Assembly (NCBI GenBank): GCA_009602725.1
Contig: WELB01000020.1
Span: forward strand, 296,705 to 360,704
Reading direction: 5' to 3'
DNA from: Spirogloea muscicola
Lineage: Eukaryota
Length of the DNA stretch: 64,000 nt
Below, piece after piece: positions 37,173 through 49,947 of the stretch. The notes beneath the pieces are model-generated. The model saw nothing but the letters and a program-made list of their open reading frames with translations, was not told the DNA's origin and made no database searches. Every line of letters starts with the position of its first letter. The first letter of the stretch is position 1. The position numbers and the translations under genes were made by a program.

Positions 37173-38188
37173 GTATCATCGGCGTGACATTTCTTCGGTT
37201 GCACGCTAATCTGACTTGCCCAGATAAAATGTCCACATGGTCCTCAAATAGATGCGACCAGTTTTTGTGAGCTTGAGCGAAGTATGAGGCCATCAGCGTC
37301 GTGTTACGTGGCATGCGTCACCCTTTTGACACGCGTGCCGGCCTGGCACTATTCTTGTTGCTGCGTCCTCTTTCAGATCGTCCAGTGGCCCACCGCTTGC
37401 CGGCTAGCCTGGGATGTTCGGACAGCAAAATGTCTGGCAATCTCCCATTTGGGCACGGGGTACTGTCCGGCAGCATGACCAAGCTGCCAGCTGGTGCTTG
37501 GCAGGCTGCCATGACGCTGGGGACAGCCTGCTGAAATAGATCATACTGTGTTATTATATATACGTTACAGTTTATGATATATATGTGTAAACATATCATT
37601 TGGAGAGAGGAAGAGCGGCACTATGAACGATATTTCTATGCATCTCCTTTATGGTGCGCCTCCAAACGGTAGACTAGACTAGACGGTGAAACCCTACGAC
37701 ACTGAGGAGGAAGGGTGGCGACTTCGCACGATAGAAGTGGGCCAAGACCTGAGTGAAGGAAGAGTTGAAGCCTGGAATGAGGCAGTCCGGCGATTGCCCT
37801 GCTGCTGCAGCTGCCCTCTGTGACTTTGCCTCTAACACTCGCTGCCGGCTGCCAGTAGCTTGGGCCCGTGGAGTGAAGCTGCCATTTGCATAGGCTGCGG
37901 AGCCGTCGGCTCCGAAGTTGTGAGTGCACTTCAGTGTAAGGAAGTTATCCCATAACCACTAAAGCATGACTTAAGATGTCTGTGCTGACTCTGTACTTCT
38001 CGTGAAAGGTAGTAGTACGTCAACCCTGAAGGGAAGGAGATTGTATTTCGGGGATATGTAAGAGGCCCCACCTACATTTGAGCCCCTTAGGACTCGTTGC
38101 TTGTTTCCCGTTTGGCCCTGACACCTGACTTAACACAATCTCCATCTCTGCCAAAGAGGCCGAGCGCTGGGGGGTGTAACGACTGAAG

Positions 38189-38529
38189 ACAAGGCCCAAA
38201 GGGCATAATCTACGACCAACATGAGAATTTGATGACAAGTCGTCGACCTTCCGTGTTGAAAGAAACAATTCCTCCAAAATCGGGGGATGGCTGTCAGAGG
38301 CTGAAGCCCGAACAGAGAGCCCATCAAGAAAGATGTTCTCATCACCGAACGTAGCATATGAGATCGGGGTAACTTCTCCAAGGGGAAAAGAGGCTCCAAA
38401 TGGCAGAGGCAGAAGACTGGTAAGAGATATGAGATGTGGTGTATCCATGATCAGGTTCTGACTAGAGACTCCCTCTTCTCTGACCGAGAGACAAGGCAAA
38501 GGGCGTGTGTACTAAGGAACGATGTCAAC
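38189..38529. repeat. Diverged inverted-repeat partner of 45956-46281 (distal arm of PstS-like palindrome)
   Basis: The reverse complement aligns with 45956-46281 (gttgacatcg...acatctcatatctctt...tcaacacgga.ggtcgacg...ttctcatgttgg.cgtaga...gggccttgt). Confidence 0.8.
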
Positions 38530-39708
38530 TATATCTCAATGACATGTGTCACAATTTGTCATTCTTGACTAAAGGGTGACAAATTTTTCAAGATGTTTCA
38601 AAACCAACGCACTGTGTTAGTGTCAGTGTCGTAAAGAAAAAGAAAGTTGCCATCATTTGGTATCTTCGTCAGCTTTTACCAAACTCGATGATCTTGCAGG
38701 TAGTCAATCCTTCAAGAAAACACTGACATGAGATTTACCTCATTTCGTGACAGATGAAACGATTTTAAATGACCAAGACGCAAGATGCAGTAATTTGAAG
38801 CAGCAGATTGCTTTGAGCAGGTGTTTTATAACACAAAACTTTGTTAAATAATCAATCTGCACTTCTAAACGTGGAAAAAGCGGAATGGAGGTTAAGACAT
38901 AATCAACAATTACAATTATGCGAATCAAACAATGTGGTTGATATTGTGAGAACCTGGTTAAATGTTCAATTTGCTACGATGATAATTTTGAAAGTTGATG
39001 TATAAGGTAGTTGTGCTTTGTGGAGATTTACACTTTTTTGATGTGAAATCTTAGGTGAGATTGAATCATTTGTGGTTTGTATTCTAAGAATATAGATTGG
39101 ACATGTGTGCAAAGACTGGGCATATGAGATTTATAACAGATAAATATCTTGCGAAACTAGGTGGACCACCATGTGAAGTACGTTAACACACCAATCTCAC
39201 ATGTCAAAAAATGCAAGTGTTAGGGTAACATGTGAGGTATATGTTACAAAAATATTCTAGGTATCTAAACAGATTGATCACACCAAGTACATTCTTATTT
39301 GCTAGTGTCTGCTTGAGTGCAAAATAGTGTGATTTTATCCGTCTATTTAGATTGGCTGACGATCAGAAAATACTGTCAAGCGTGCTATCTATTATTTTGA
39401 TGGAAAAACTTTAAGGTGCGCAACGTTATTGAAGATATCACTTTCAACATAAACATTCATGAGTGTCATTTGAAGCACATAATGCACGTAATATCATTAA
39501 CAACAATAAGATTTTTAGGAGCACATGATGCACATAATAATGTTTGCACATCATGCCATCAACAATAATAGCATACAATTGTACACAATAATCAACAACA
39601 CTTCGTGTTGGAGAATGAAAAGCTGGATAGACAATGATCCTGTATGTCTTTAAAATCTCTCTGACCTGTGTCAATTCTAAAAATTGACATTTCTCAAACT
39701 CCTTTGAT

Positions 39709-40932
39709 TTACGCGATGGTAGCAACTGCATTTCTGTTCTGAGTGAGCAGGCTGCTGGGATCTGGGACGAAGTTGAGGGGAGCAAGAAGGCCCTGGCCGC
39801 TGGAAGAGAACATGAAGTTGAGGAAAGCCTTGGTTGCGGCAGCATTAGGATGCCGGTGGGGTAGGTCTTGCGAGCCCAGATGTACACGAACGAGACCATT
39901 GGGCACACGCCTGACCCCGGCTGGTAGATGGTGTTCACGCCAGACCAGGTGGCGGTGGCAGAGGGCAGGGAGACGGGGATGGCGCCAGTCACGGAGCATG
40001 AGTTGCCCTTGTAGTTTTGCCCGGCCTTGTTGTTGGTGGCAGCAATGCGGACGTTGCCGGTTACAAACGTGACGGCTACGGGATTGCCCAAGTAGCCGAT
40101 GGATCCGGGGTGGGAGAAGACATAGGAAGCCACGCCGCTGGAGCCGCTGGCGGTCACCAGGCGGGGAGAGCCCCAGGCCACCACCTCACCGACCTTGCTT
40201 GAGGGCCACGGGCGCGCGCCACCGGCGGTGCACAGGTTCAGGTAGGAGGAGAAGACGAACGACGTGCCCGAGGAGTCGGAGCGGGCCACGGGGATGGTGA
40301 TGGCACCACTGCCGATGGAGGTGGAGAAACCAGAGTAGAGGTCAGCCAGGCTCTGGCAAGAAATGGTGAGCTGAGTGGCGCCGTTGTAGAGCATGGAGTA
40401 GGCCTGGAGGCCCTGGGGGACGGTCAGCTTGCTGAAGCCCAGGCTGGACTCCTGAGCGGTGGTCATGGCAGCATCGGACGCGGCCACCTTGTAGTCGTTG
40501 GTCTTGAAATTGGCGTAACCAGCGCCGGAACTGCCAGCAGATCAAAAGCCACAGCGTGGCCAGTCAGTGGTGCTGCCGTGCCACGGAGGTGGAGGTCGTT
40601 CGGAAGCAAATCATGCATGAAGTTCAGCCGTGGTAGACCGCTCATGATTGTCTACCGTGATATTTAGGCCCTTAGCTGAGGTTCAAGAGCAGGCAACAAC
40701 AATCCGGTCGAAGTCAAGACTTCCTCCACCATATCTACTTGGAGGCAAGGTCTGAGCTGACTCACCCAGTTGCGCCGTAGCAGCCATAGGTGCCGTAGCT
40801 GCTGAGGACCTGGTTCTCAAGCCCCTGCACGGAGGTGGCACCTCCGAAGTAGATAGCATTGGATGGGGAGCAAGTGGCGATCACCGCAGTGGCGAAGGCC
40901 AGGACGACGATAGCGATGGCGAGGCGGGCCAT
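39709..40932 (-). pseudogene. Secreted PstS-like phosphate-binding protein, copy with apparent 4-nt deletion frameshift (or assembly error)
   Basis: Exons 40932-40766 and 40530-39709. Near-identical to 43660-44875, but ggc-atcctaat-gct replaces ggc-tccgtgcccaac-gct near 39845-39852. Confidence 0.7.
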
Positions 40933-41984
40933 GGCTGCGGCTCTGGCACAGGCCTGACTGAGCTTTGGGGTGGGCGGTGAGGGTGCAGAGGGCAGGGTGT
41001 GAGCTGGTTTGGTCCTGTGCGGCGGTCATATACTTCTGGCCGGCAAGAGCTTCCGGGGCTTCCCGAGGCCACCACCCCCTTCCTCCACCCCTCCTACCTC
41101 CCCCTCCCTCCTCCCTTGCTGCGCATCCGCCGTCAGTGGAGCCCCCCCTCTCCCCGTCAAGCGGCCCGCCCGCCCGCCGCCGTTACCCAGCATCCAGCGC
41201 CGCCGCCGCCGTCGCCGCCGGCGAGCACGCCGCCGATCGCGCCGCCGCACCCGCTGATGGGAAGATTCCTCTCGACAGGCCCGCCGCCAGGTACGGCTTG
41301 ATGCGCGGCCGTGCCTTCCTGGACGCGGCGCCTCGCCACCGCCAGGCGAGGGTCCCGCCCATCCCAGTCCTGGTACCTTGGTAGATCCAGGGGACCTTCC
41401 CCTGGTTGCAGCTGCTGATTGGCCCACCCAAAAGCTTCCCCAGCCCCGACCTGAAACAACACCCGCCGCCTACAGCGTGTAATTGGGTGTCCTCTAGATC
41501 GCTCTTGGGAAGTATGGCAGCATCCCACGCATTCCAAATAGGCAGCTTCTGGTACGTTAGATTCTGCGGCTTGACACTTGGACGCACTCGTAGCCGCCAC
41601 CACCGTGGCTTCGGCGCAGAAGACGCTGCTCGACTCTTCGCCGTTGCAGCGCAGAAGCAGTGGCGGGTTCTTCTGCGGTCAGCCCTACTGTACGTGTTAG
41701 CCAAGCATGTGCACACCTCAGCTGCTCATTTTGGCTCCGTGAAGCGGCGGGTACCTTGTGCAAATATACCCTCCTGTTTGAGGCTGGCTGGCCAGCTGTC
41801 CGCTGGCGAGCAAGCCACCGGCGCGCGAGCCAGCCTGATTTTACTCCCCAAATTGGGCTAGTCATCCACAGCCCCCCGCCCCTTTGAAAGAAGCTCATTT
41901 CTTTGGGGCAGGGTTTTCACATCCCATAGCCCAATTTCAATATCAAGTCTAGTCCGCTGAAGTGAGCTCTTCCGAAGGGGGCGA

Positions 41985-43020
41985 GGGCCCAGAGACAAGA
42001 GCTCGCCCAACTTAAGAAGTTGGCTGGAAAAGACCAGCCCAAAAAGAATGGACAAGGTCCGAAGAGCCGCAAGCCGGGAGCCGCGTAAAACCACACAGCT
42101 ATGCACGAGACTACTTCGGAGGGGACCTTAGTAACCCCGGGCAGCAAGTCGGAGTAACTTGCACCTGGAAAAGAGGCACTGCGACGGGACCCAGAGGCAG
42201 CAGCAATAGCACGGCCTGCCCTCGGCAAGTGCACGGCGTGAGCCAGGGAGCGTTAAAAGGAGACAGGGAGCCGCATGCGGACAGGGAGGAGAGTCACGTA
42301 AGAAGCTGGTGCCCCTGTACGAGAAGAGAAGAAGTGGCGCTCCCAATGGGGGCAAGGGCTGTGAGAAGCCAGCCCGAAAAGAATTGACAAGTTTCGAAGG
42401 GGCCAAACTACGAGCTAAGCAGCGACTGCGGGGCCTGAAGAGGCTATGGCAGAACGGGGGAGGATGGACCACTTAGTAGTTACGAGTGAGGAGCCTCACA
42501 TCCGACAGACTAGCTGCCGGTAAACTATCCACCTGACGAAAGCCGGAGGCCGCAGCGAGAGCACGGCCAGCACGCAGATGCAAGGCGTGGGCCATGGACC
42601 GCTGGAGGGAGACGGACAAGCGCATACGATACACCTGAGCCCACGAGCCAGCGGCGTTGAAGTCAGCCGGCTCACCGCGCCTGCTGGTGGTACGAGGCAT
42701 TAGTGTGGAGCAAACTGGGTTCACGCAAGAGGCAGTGGTTGTGACGAGCCATAACTGATGAGAAATTGTCATATGATGTCACATGATAGCTTATGAATAG
42801 GCTGAGAGTGTTAGGTTAAGAATTGGTGATCATGGACACAATCGGTGGACGTAACCCGAGTACACAAGCAATGTGAGGCGACAGCAATGCCAGTGGCCAC
42901 GAGACAGGCGGAAGCTCGGCCGACGTCCACGACTCAACGCTTACAAACGAGCGCCATTCGGCCCCTCCCGACTTTGAACTTTCTTTTGGGGTGGCCTCTC
43001 ACAGCCACCAGTTATTTCGG
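41985..43020. mobile_element. Stacked RLE retroelement 3' ends in the spacer between the PstS-like genes
   Basis: RMRLSVSLQRSMAHALHLRAGRALAAASG...LLTRNY* (42473-42680, -); AGRAIAAASGSRRSASFP..SYSDL remnant (42128-42230, -); hairpins ~42022, 42356, 42988. Confidence 0.8.
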
Positions 43021-43261
43021 AAGCGCTGTTCGTTAGGACCAAACAACAATAACGAAAGCGGAAATTGGGTCGAGTGGGCGCGCGCAAGATTCTGGTCACC
43101 GCAAGCTTGGTCAGCAGACGCGGTTTTGGAGGTACGGATCTTGGAGGTACGGGAGGAGGATTCCGGTGGATCTGGATGTTTCCCCTCGCGGGGAGGGGGT
43201 GTTGCCGTTGGCAGGTGGAAGAGGGCGGGCAAGCGGGTGGCCGCTCCAGCGGCGGCCGGAA

Positions 43262-43293
43262 GGGAAGATTCCGGTATATCCCCGGAATCTCCC
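43262..43293 (+). promoter_or_regulatory. P1BS-like GTATATCC centred in a GARP-type AGATTCCGG/CCGGAATCT inverted repeat
   Basis: gggaagattccgGTATATCCccggaatctccc, ~380 bp upstream of the PstS-like ATG; matches GNATATNC. Confidence 0.45.
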
Positions 43294-43659
43294 ACCGGAA
43301 GGAGCCGGGCGCCCCCGCTCGGGCAGCGGGGCAGTCGCCCGGCGGGCGGCTCCCGGCGAGGAGCCGCCTCGTACCTCCGCAGCAGCCATGGCGGCGGCTG
43401 CGGCGGCGGCAACGGCGGCGGCGGCGGCGGCGGTGCTGCGGANAGAGGGAGCTGCACAGTGCTCAGAGCGCTGGCCTGGGAGGAAGGGTAGAGCTTTGGA
43501 GCTTTTGGAGGGAGGGGAGAGGGAGAGGGCCCGGGGGCCCCCCTGCCAAGGGGCATCGGGCAGGGTTACCCGGGGTACAAGTTGTCCGGCATAACTCCGG
43601 CGCTGGACACACTTGCAACTCGACGCACAGTCCTCCCCACCGCCTAGCTGTCAGCAGTC

Positions 43660-44875
43660 ATGGCCCGCCTCGCCATCGCTATCGTTGTCCTGGCCTTCGC
43701 CACCGCAGCGGTCGCCACTTGCTCCCCGTCCAATGCTATCTACTTCGGAGGTGCCACCTCCGTGCAGGGGCTTGAGAACCAGGTCCTCAGCAGCTATGGC
43801 ACCTATGGCTGTTACGGCGCAACTGGGTAAGTCAGCTCAATCCTTGCCTCCAAGCAGATATGGTGGAGGAAGTCTTGACTTCGACCGAATTGTTGTTGCC
43901 TGCTCTTGCCTCTCAGCTGAGGGCCTAGCTGTGACGGTAATGGGCGGTCTACACACATTTCATGCATGAGCTGCTCACCAACGACCTCCACCTCTGTGGC
44001 ACTGCAGCACCACTGACTGGCCACGCTGTGGCTTTTGATCTGCTGGCAGTTCCGGCGCTGGTTACGCCAACTTCAAGACCAACGACTACAAGGTGGCCGC
44101 GTCCGATGCTGCCATGACCACCGCTCAGGAGTCCAGCCTGGGCTTCAGCAAGCTGACCGTCCCCCAGGGCCTCCAGGCCTACTCCATGCTCTACAACGGC
44201 GCCACTCAGCTCACCATTTCTTGCCAGAGCCTTGCTGACCTCTACTCTGGCTTCTCCACCTCCATCGGCAGCGGTGCCATCACCATTCCCGTGGCCCGTT
44301 CCGACTCCTCGGGCACGTCGTTCGTCTTCTCCTCCTACCTGAACCTGTGCACCGCCGGTGGTGCGCGCCCGTGGCCCTCAAGCAAGGTCGGTGAGGTGGT
44401 AGCCTGGGGCTCTCCCCGCCTGGTGACCGCCAGCGGCTCCAGCGGCGTGGCTTCCTACGTCTTCTCCCACCCCGGATCCATCGGCTACTTGGGCAACCCT
44501 GTAGCCGTCACGTTTGTGACCGGCAACGTCCGCATTGCTGCAACCAACAACAAGGCCGGGCAAAACTACAAGGGCAATTCATGCTCCGTGACTGGCGCCA
44601 TCCCCGTCTCCTTGCCCTCTGCCACCGCCACCTGGTCTGGCGTGAATACCATCTACCAGCCGGGGTCAGGCGTGTGCCCAATGGTCTCGTTCGTGTACAT
44701 CTGGGCTCGCAAGACCTACCCCACCGGCTCCGTGCCCAACGCTGCCGCAACCAAGGCTTTCCTCAACTTCATGTTCTCTTCCAGCGGCCAGGGCCTTCTT
44801 GCTCCCCTCAACTTCGTCCCAGATCCCAGCAGCCTGCTCACTCAGAACAGGAATGCAGTTGCTACCATCGCGTAA
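43660..44875 (+). CDS. Secreted PstS-like periplasmic-binding-protein-fold phosphate-binding protein
   Basis: Signal peptide MARLAIAIVVLAFATAAVA; GGATS, ATGSGAG, AASDAAM, RSDSSGTSFVFSSYL, GSSGV..PGSIGY, CPMVSFVY, KAFLNF motifs as in bacterial PstS; exons 43660-43826 and 44050-44875. Confidence 0.88.
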
Positions 44876-46510
44876 ATCTTTAGAATCCTTAGATACTTGT
44901 ACTCTAGAGAACTGTATTCAAATTGAAGCAAAGTCATTGATCGATTGGCAATTGACATCTGCTAATAGATCTTGTGATGGCATTACATTATCATCTGCTC
45001 GTAACCAAGATTCGTAAAGACATGCGGTTATGCACCTCAGTGCACCCCAGCGAGTACAAAATGAAAATACATCAAACGATTAATAATACAAATTAAAAAA
45101 CATCAATCATGTGTCATCAGATCCCAAGAAACTTCTCAACACACTCCATTTTGTCTAACAATTATTTATTTCCGACAACTATCATTCGTTAGTATACATT
45201 CCACATGGTGTCGACCTGATATCTGCATAATTGTATTTTCCACTCGCAATTTACATTTGGCCCCAACTTCGTCCACCGTAACATCTCACACTCGTGATTA
45301 CAAACCAAGAGATTCCTCGCGATTCTCTCGTTGCTCCAACATTTGTCCACTATACCATTCCATTAAAAGTTTCTTTCTCTTTACGTACAAAGTTGACATT
45401 GAAGAAGAAAATTGTAGACTTACAAGTAAATACTTGGTGTTACGAAAGATGAAAATAAGTCTAATCTAGTCCTAAAATATACTATGATGATGTGACGCTG
45501 CATTCGACAAGTGCAAAAATCAGTATCTAAAAGATCATTTGGACAATGCAGAATCGTCGGATCCACTGACCACATTTCAAGGTCACATGAATCCCACCAC
45601 GTTCAAAACCTCAAGTGTTGTTACGAAACAACCATGTTCGTAGGATTTGCTCACAACAATTTGCTGCATCAAGTTGCTGCTTTTGCATCACGAACATGTG
45701 AAATTGGCGCATGTCACTAGATGATGTTACATATAATGTCAACGTCAACTTGTAAAATCTACCATCTTGCAACTTTATTTGGTTGCGTATAAGCTGGCTA
45801 GCACACCACTGAGGCAAGCAATACATCTGACAATACTGACACTAACATTGTTAATTTTGAAATATCTGGGACGCTGTCATCACTTAACAAAAATAGCAGA
45901 TTGTGTTAAGAAGCTGTAATAGTGACTGCACTTCGGTGACTGGCTACTAGATCTTGTTGACATCGATCCTAAGTACATATGCCCTTGCTTTGGCTTGCAG
46001 TCGAAGACGAGGCAGTCCCTACTCAAGCCATGCTCATGGGTACATAACATCTCATATCTCTTCCTTAATATCTGGCTTTGCCATTCGGAGCCTCTTCCTT
46101 TTTCTTGCAGAAAAGAATTCAGTCTCATGTGCTACATTCAGTGACGAAAGCCATATCACCGTTTGGACTTAGCCTCCGCCAGCAATACCTTATCTTGGAA
46201 AATTGTTCATCTCAACACGGACGGTCGACGGGTTTCATCACGTTCTCATGTTGGCCGTAGAACATGCCTCTTGGGCCTTGTTCAATCTTTTGTGGGCTCG
46301 CGTTTGGCAGCCCTCGCCCCTTCGAAGAGGTGGCGTACATTTGTCAATGTGCTTGCCTTTGTATTTGGCCACACAGGCCCTCCATCTCTTAATACACAAT
46401 CCATCCCTTTTGAGGTGGAGCTTGTACTGAGTGCTGGAGGGTCTGAGTAGCCAAGCACATAGGCAAGCACATCAACAGGAAAACCATCACCTGCTGCTAA
46501 GCTGACCCGC

Positions 46511-46702
46511 TCAGTAACCACGAGTTAGTACGTAGAGGTCGCTAAGTGATGCCCGAACATCGGACGGCAAATGACAAGCTCTCATGCCACCAGCTAAAGC
46601 TCGACCAGCTTTCTGGTGCAAAGCATGAGCCTGAGCTCGCTGCCAACAGGCTGACACACGATGTCGCAAAAACATTAAATATGCTGCCGGCGTGATATCC
46701 AT
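46511..46702 (-). mobile_element. Further divergent RLE retroelement C-terminus
   Basis: FLRHRVSACWQRAQAHALHQKAGRALAGG...SLSDLYVLTRGY*. Confidence 0.75.
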
Positions 46703-47149
46703 CTCGGCTGGAAGCGTATCCTCATCTCGTGCATATCCCAGACTACAATGTCCTCAAGCAGGATCAATACGAGGACCTATGCAGCACAAGTTGTCAATTG
46801 CTGCTGGGGTAATCTCAGCAGTGCAGCAGCTTTCTCTGCTCTGCATTTCCCACTGCGTGACCAGCAATATGGTTCGATGCTGTACGCTTGAAGCCTCCGT
46901 CACAATCCCATCACCAAGGCTTGTGGACCTCCGCCAGGTTGTACACCCGTAATGTCGAAGGTGCAACGGTGATGGCGTCCCTAAGCATCCGTGGTTATGG
47001 CGTGAAGTTGTTCACCTCCACAGGGAGGTTTGGAAGAGAGCTGCTTCTGTCTGTTGGGCTTGGCATGCACAACCACAGCCCTACTTTGCAATAGGAAACG
47101 CTTCCATGGCTGTCAACTCCATCCAAGGGCGTTAATAGGAGAGTCCTTG

Positions 47150-47890
47150 GCAAGGGGCCCCTTTCCCTGGCCCCTTTCGACCTTCTGTTCATTCTTTTTT
47201 CTGGGCTTACCTCTCGCAGCCACCGACCTCTCCTGGAAGCGTCTCTCGTTCCTCTTGGGGCAGGGGAGAGGAGCAAGGAGCGAAGGGCGCCAACTAGTGT
47301 GCCTTGTCCATTCTTTTGGGCTGGCCTCTCCCAGCCACCAGTTAATCTGGCCGCGCTTGCTTCGTGTGGAGAGGCCCTGCCCTGCGGTTGGGAGCGGTGA
47401 CGTGGCAGGCGACGTCTCCGAGGGAGACCCGGGCGGGCCACGCGTCAGCCGGAGCAGCGCCGGGTGACCTGGCGGGCCCCGGCCCCCCCTTCCGTGGGCG
47501 AAAGCCCCGGCGCTCCGCGGGACGCCCATCTCGTGAGTGCCCGCCGATGATTTAAATCGCCTCCGAAAGGGGGGGAGCCGGGGGCGGGCGGCCAATCCTG
47601 GCCCTACCCCGCTTGAGCCCCCCCCCGCCATCGCCCCCCCGGCTGACGCAGCGCCCACTTGGCAGCCCCGCCCCGACAGGAGACGCCGACGAGAATGACG
47701 GAAAGAAACGGCGTCTTCCAATGCAAAAGCGATGGCCGTGAGAGGCAAGCCCAGAGAAGAGAAGCACTGTCAAATCCCGTCAATGGCTGTCAGAGGTCAG
47801 CCCACAGAAATGGACAGTCCAAGAGGAAGTGGCTCTCCCAAAGGCTGTGAAAAAGCCAGCCCTAGATGATTAACAAGGTCCCGAGAAGAA
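47150..47890. mobile_element. Cluster of retroelement 3'-hairpin fragments upstream of the Gly-rich gene
   Basis: Hairpin motifs at ~47203 and 47317 (+), ~47734, 47785 and 47843 (-). Confidence 0.65.
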
Positions 47891-48145
47891 GTGAGCTCGT
47901 CCAAAGGTCTGAACAAGGCCGGGATTCAGGTTAGCCCTCGCCGCTTGCCCCTCCATGTGGGCTGTCTCCCGCGACCACCGTGCACTTCCTTACCTGTCCC
48001 CCTTCATCCTTCCCCACACTTCGCTCCCGCTCTCCGTCGCCTTCCTGTGCCGCCCAAGAACGCCGAGGCAGCGCTCCTCAGCTCCCGTCCCACAGCCGCG
48101 CAGCGCTCAGCCGGTCTCACAACCCGTTCGCCGGCCTCGGTAGCC

Positions 48146-49236
48146 ATGGCCGACCAGTACGACAACAGTGGCCAGGTGAGGCCGCGGCCCCCCTCCTCGT
48201 CAAGGGCATTTGGTCTCGCCAGCTGCGTCGGCCTTTCCGCTCCTTCATGACTCGGATGCAGTAGTGCACTGCTCTGCCCTCCTCCAGCAGTCGGGCGTAC
48301 TTTGCAAGCATAGCTGTGCTTGGCTTGAGTTGGGGGCGAAAGCATTGTGCAAGCTTTGTCCACCTCTACCTGATCATGTTCTTGTAGGAAAATATGGAGC
48401 AGTACAGGCACCTGTAAATTTTTTGAGTTGTCTTGCTTGCAATACGAGCTGCTGACCTTGGAGCATCCCTAATGAGCAAGCCGTACTTATTACAAGGGCC
48501 AGCTCAAGAAGCACAAAGTGATGTCAGCCCAGTCAATTCTTGCTGAGATTGCAGCTGTTTATACAGCCAAAGCTTGCGGCAACCACCATCTCCAATGAAG
48601 TCGTGTAGTGAGGTGCCTTTGCAAGCAATTGGAGCTCCCAACAAGAACCTCACCACAATCTTTACGATGCGCTGACAGGACAACCAGCAAGGTCAGTTTG
48701 GCAGCGGAATTGGTGGTGACCAGTCAGGCGGCCTGAGCGGCGACCAATCCGGCGGTGGGTTCGGTAATGACCAATCTTCTGGCGGGTATGGTGGTGACCA
48801 AGGTGCAAAAGGGGGCTTTGGTGACAGCAGCGACCCCAACACCGGTGGCTTGGCCTCGGGCATAGACGGTGGCGGCGGTGGCATGGGCGGTGGCATGGGC
48901 GGTGACCAATCTGGCGGGGCGGGGGGTGGCGGCGATCAGTCTGGTGGCGGTGGTTACGGTGGTGACCAGTCTGGTGGAGGTGGTTATGGTGGCGACCAGT
49001 CTGGTGGAGGTGGTTATGGTGGCGACCAGTCTGGTGGAGGTGGTTACGGTGGCGACCAGTCTGGCGGCATTGGGGGTATTGGTGGTGACCAATCTGGCGG
49101 CGGCGGTGGCTTTGGCGGCGACCAGTCCGGCGGTGGCTTTGGCGGCGACCAGTCCGGCGGTGGCGGCGACGGCGGTGACCAGTCTGGCAGTTATGGAGGC
49201 GATCAGCAGTCTACTGACAACCAGCAGTCCTTCTGA
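48146..49236 (+). CDS. Hydrophilic glycine-rich repeat protein (GGDQSGG repeats), ~195 aa
   Basis: Exon 48146-48175 ([10 protein letters not shown]|gtgag) splices in frame to 48679-49236; about a dozen GDQS-type repeats; no signal peptide. Confidence 0.85.
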
Positions 49237-49947
49237 GCGAATGATGACAGCGGGCTACTCCGACTCAGCAGCCAGCATACTTTTGTCCACTCACAGTGCA
49301 TAGCAATCTAATCTAGCAAGATGACGCATAAACACTTTGCTGTGACGACCATGTACATAATGCATGTCTATAGAAGTGCAAGAGATCCCGAAGTGGACTG
49401 ATGGTCATGATTGTCATGGTTTCCTGTAACAAATAATTTGGTCATTATTGCACTTGATTGGTGGTGCCTGATGAATGCTGTCAACTTTGTAAAAACCTTG
49501 CTTCATCTGGTCGTCAGGTCATATTACGCAAATTCGATTTCCAGTTGTCAGCTGGCCAGGGGCAAGTGGCCTCCTTGTACTACTTGGCATATATTTTCTC
49601 TCATTGTTGGAATGTCTGCTAGGTCGACTTGAGCACACTCATATCAGATAACTGTACAAAGACACCTTCTGGCAGGCACACTTGCTCGGCTGAATGTCAA
49701 ATTGTGATTACCAGTATACAGATGGTGTAGAAGCAAATCATGTGGTTGCATGTACACCTAATTATCGTTTTTTATTACAATATTACTACTTTGGAGCTCG
49801 AAATGGACAACTGAAACTGAAGCTAGGGTTTGGCTTTAAAATCTTTTAACGTTTTGTGGTCTGTAGTGTAACAAACTTACCAGGCCAGTACTTCTGAATG
49901 CTTCTCTCAAGGTGTATGACTTCCTATGCTATAGACTTTGACAAATC

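Noticed and set aside
38020..38499. 159-aa minus-strand ORF
   Set aside because: The homologous arm at 45956-46281 does not preserve the frame, and no domain was recognised.
39709..44875. Bacterial contamination as the source of the PstS-like genes
   Set aside because: Both copies have a spliceosomal intron and are interleaved with host retroelement fragments.
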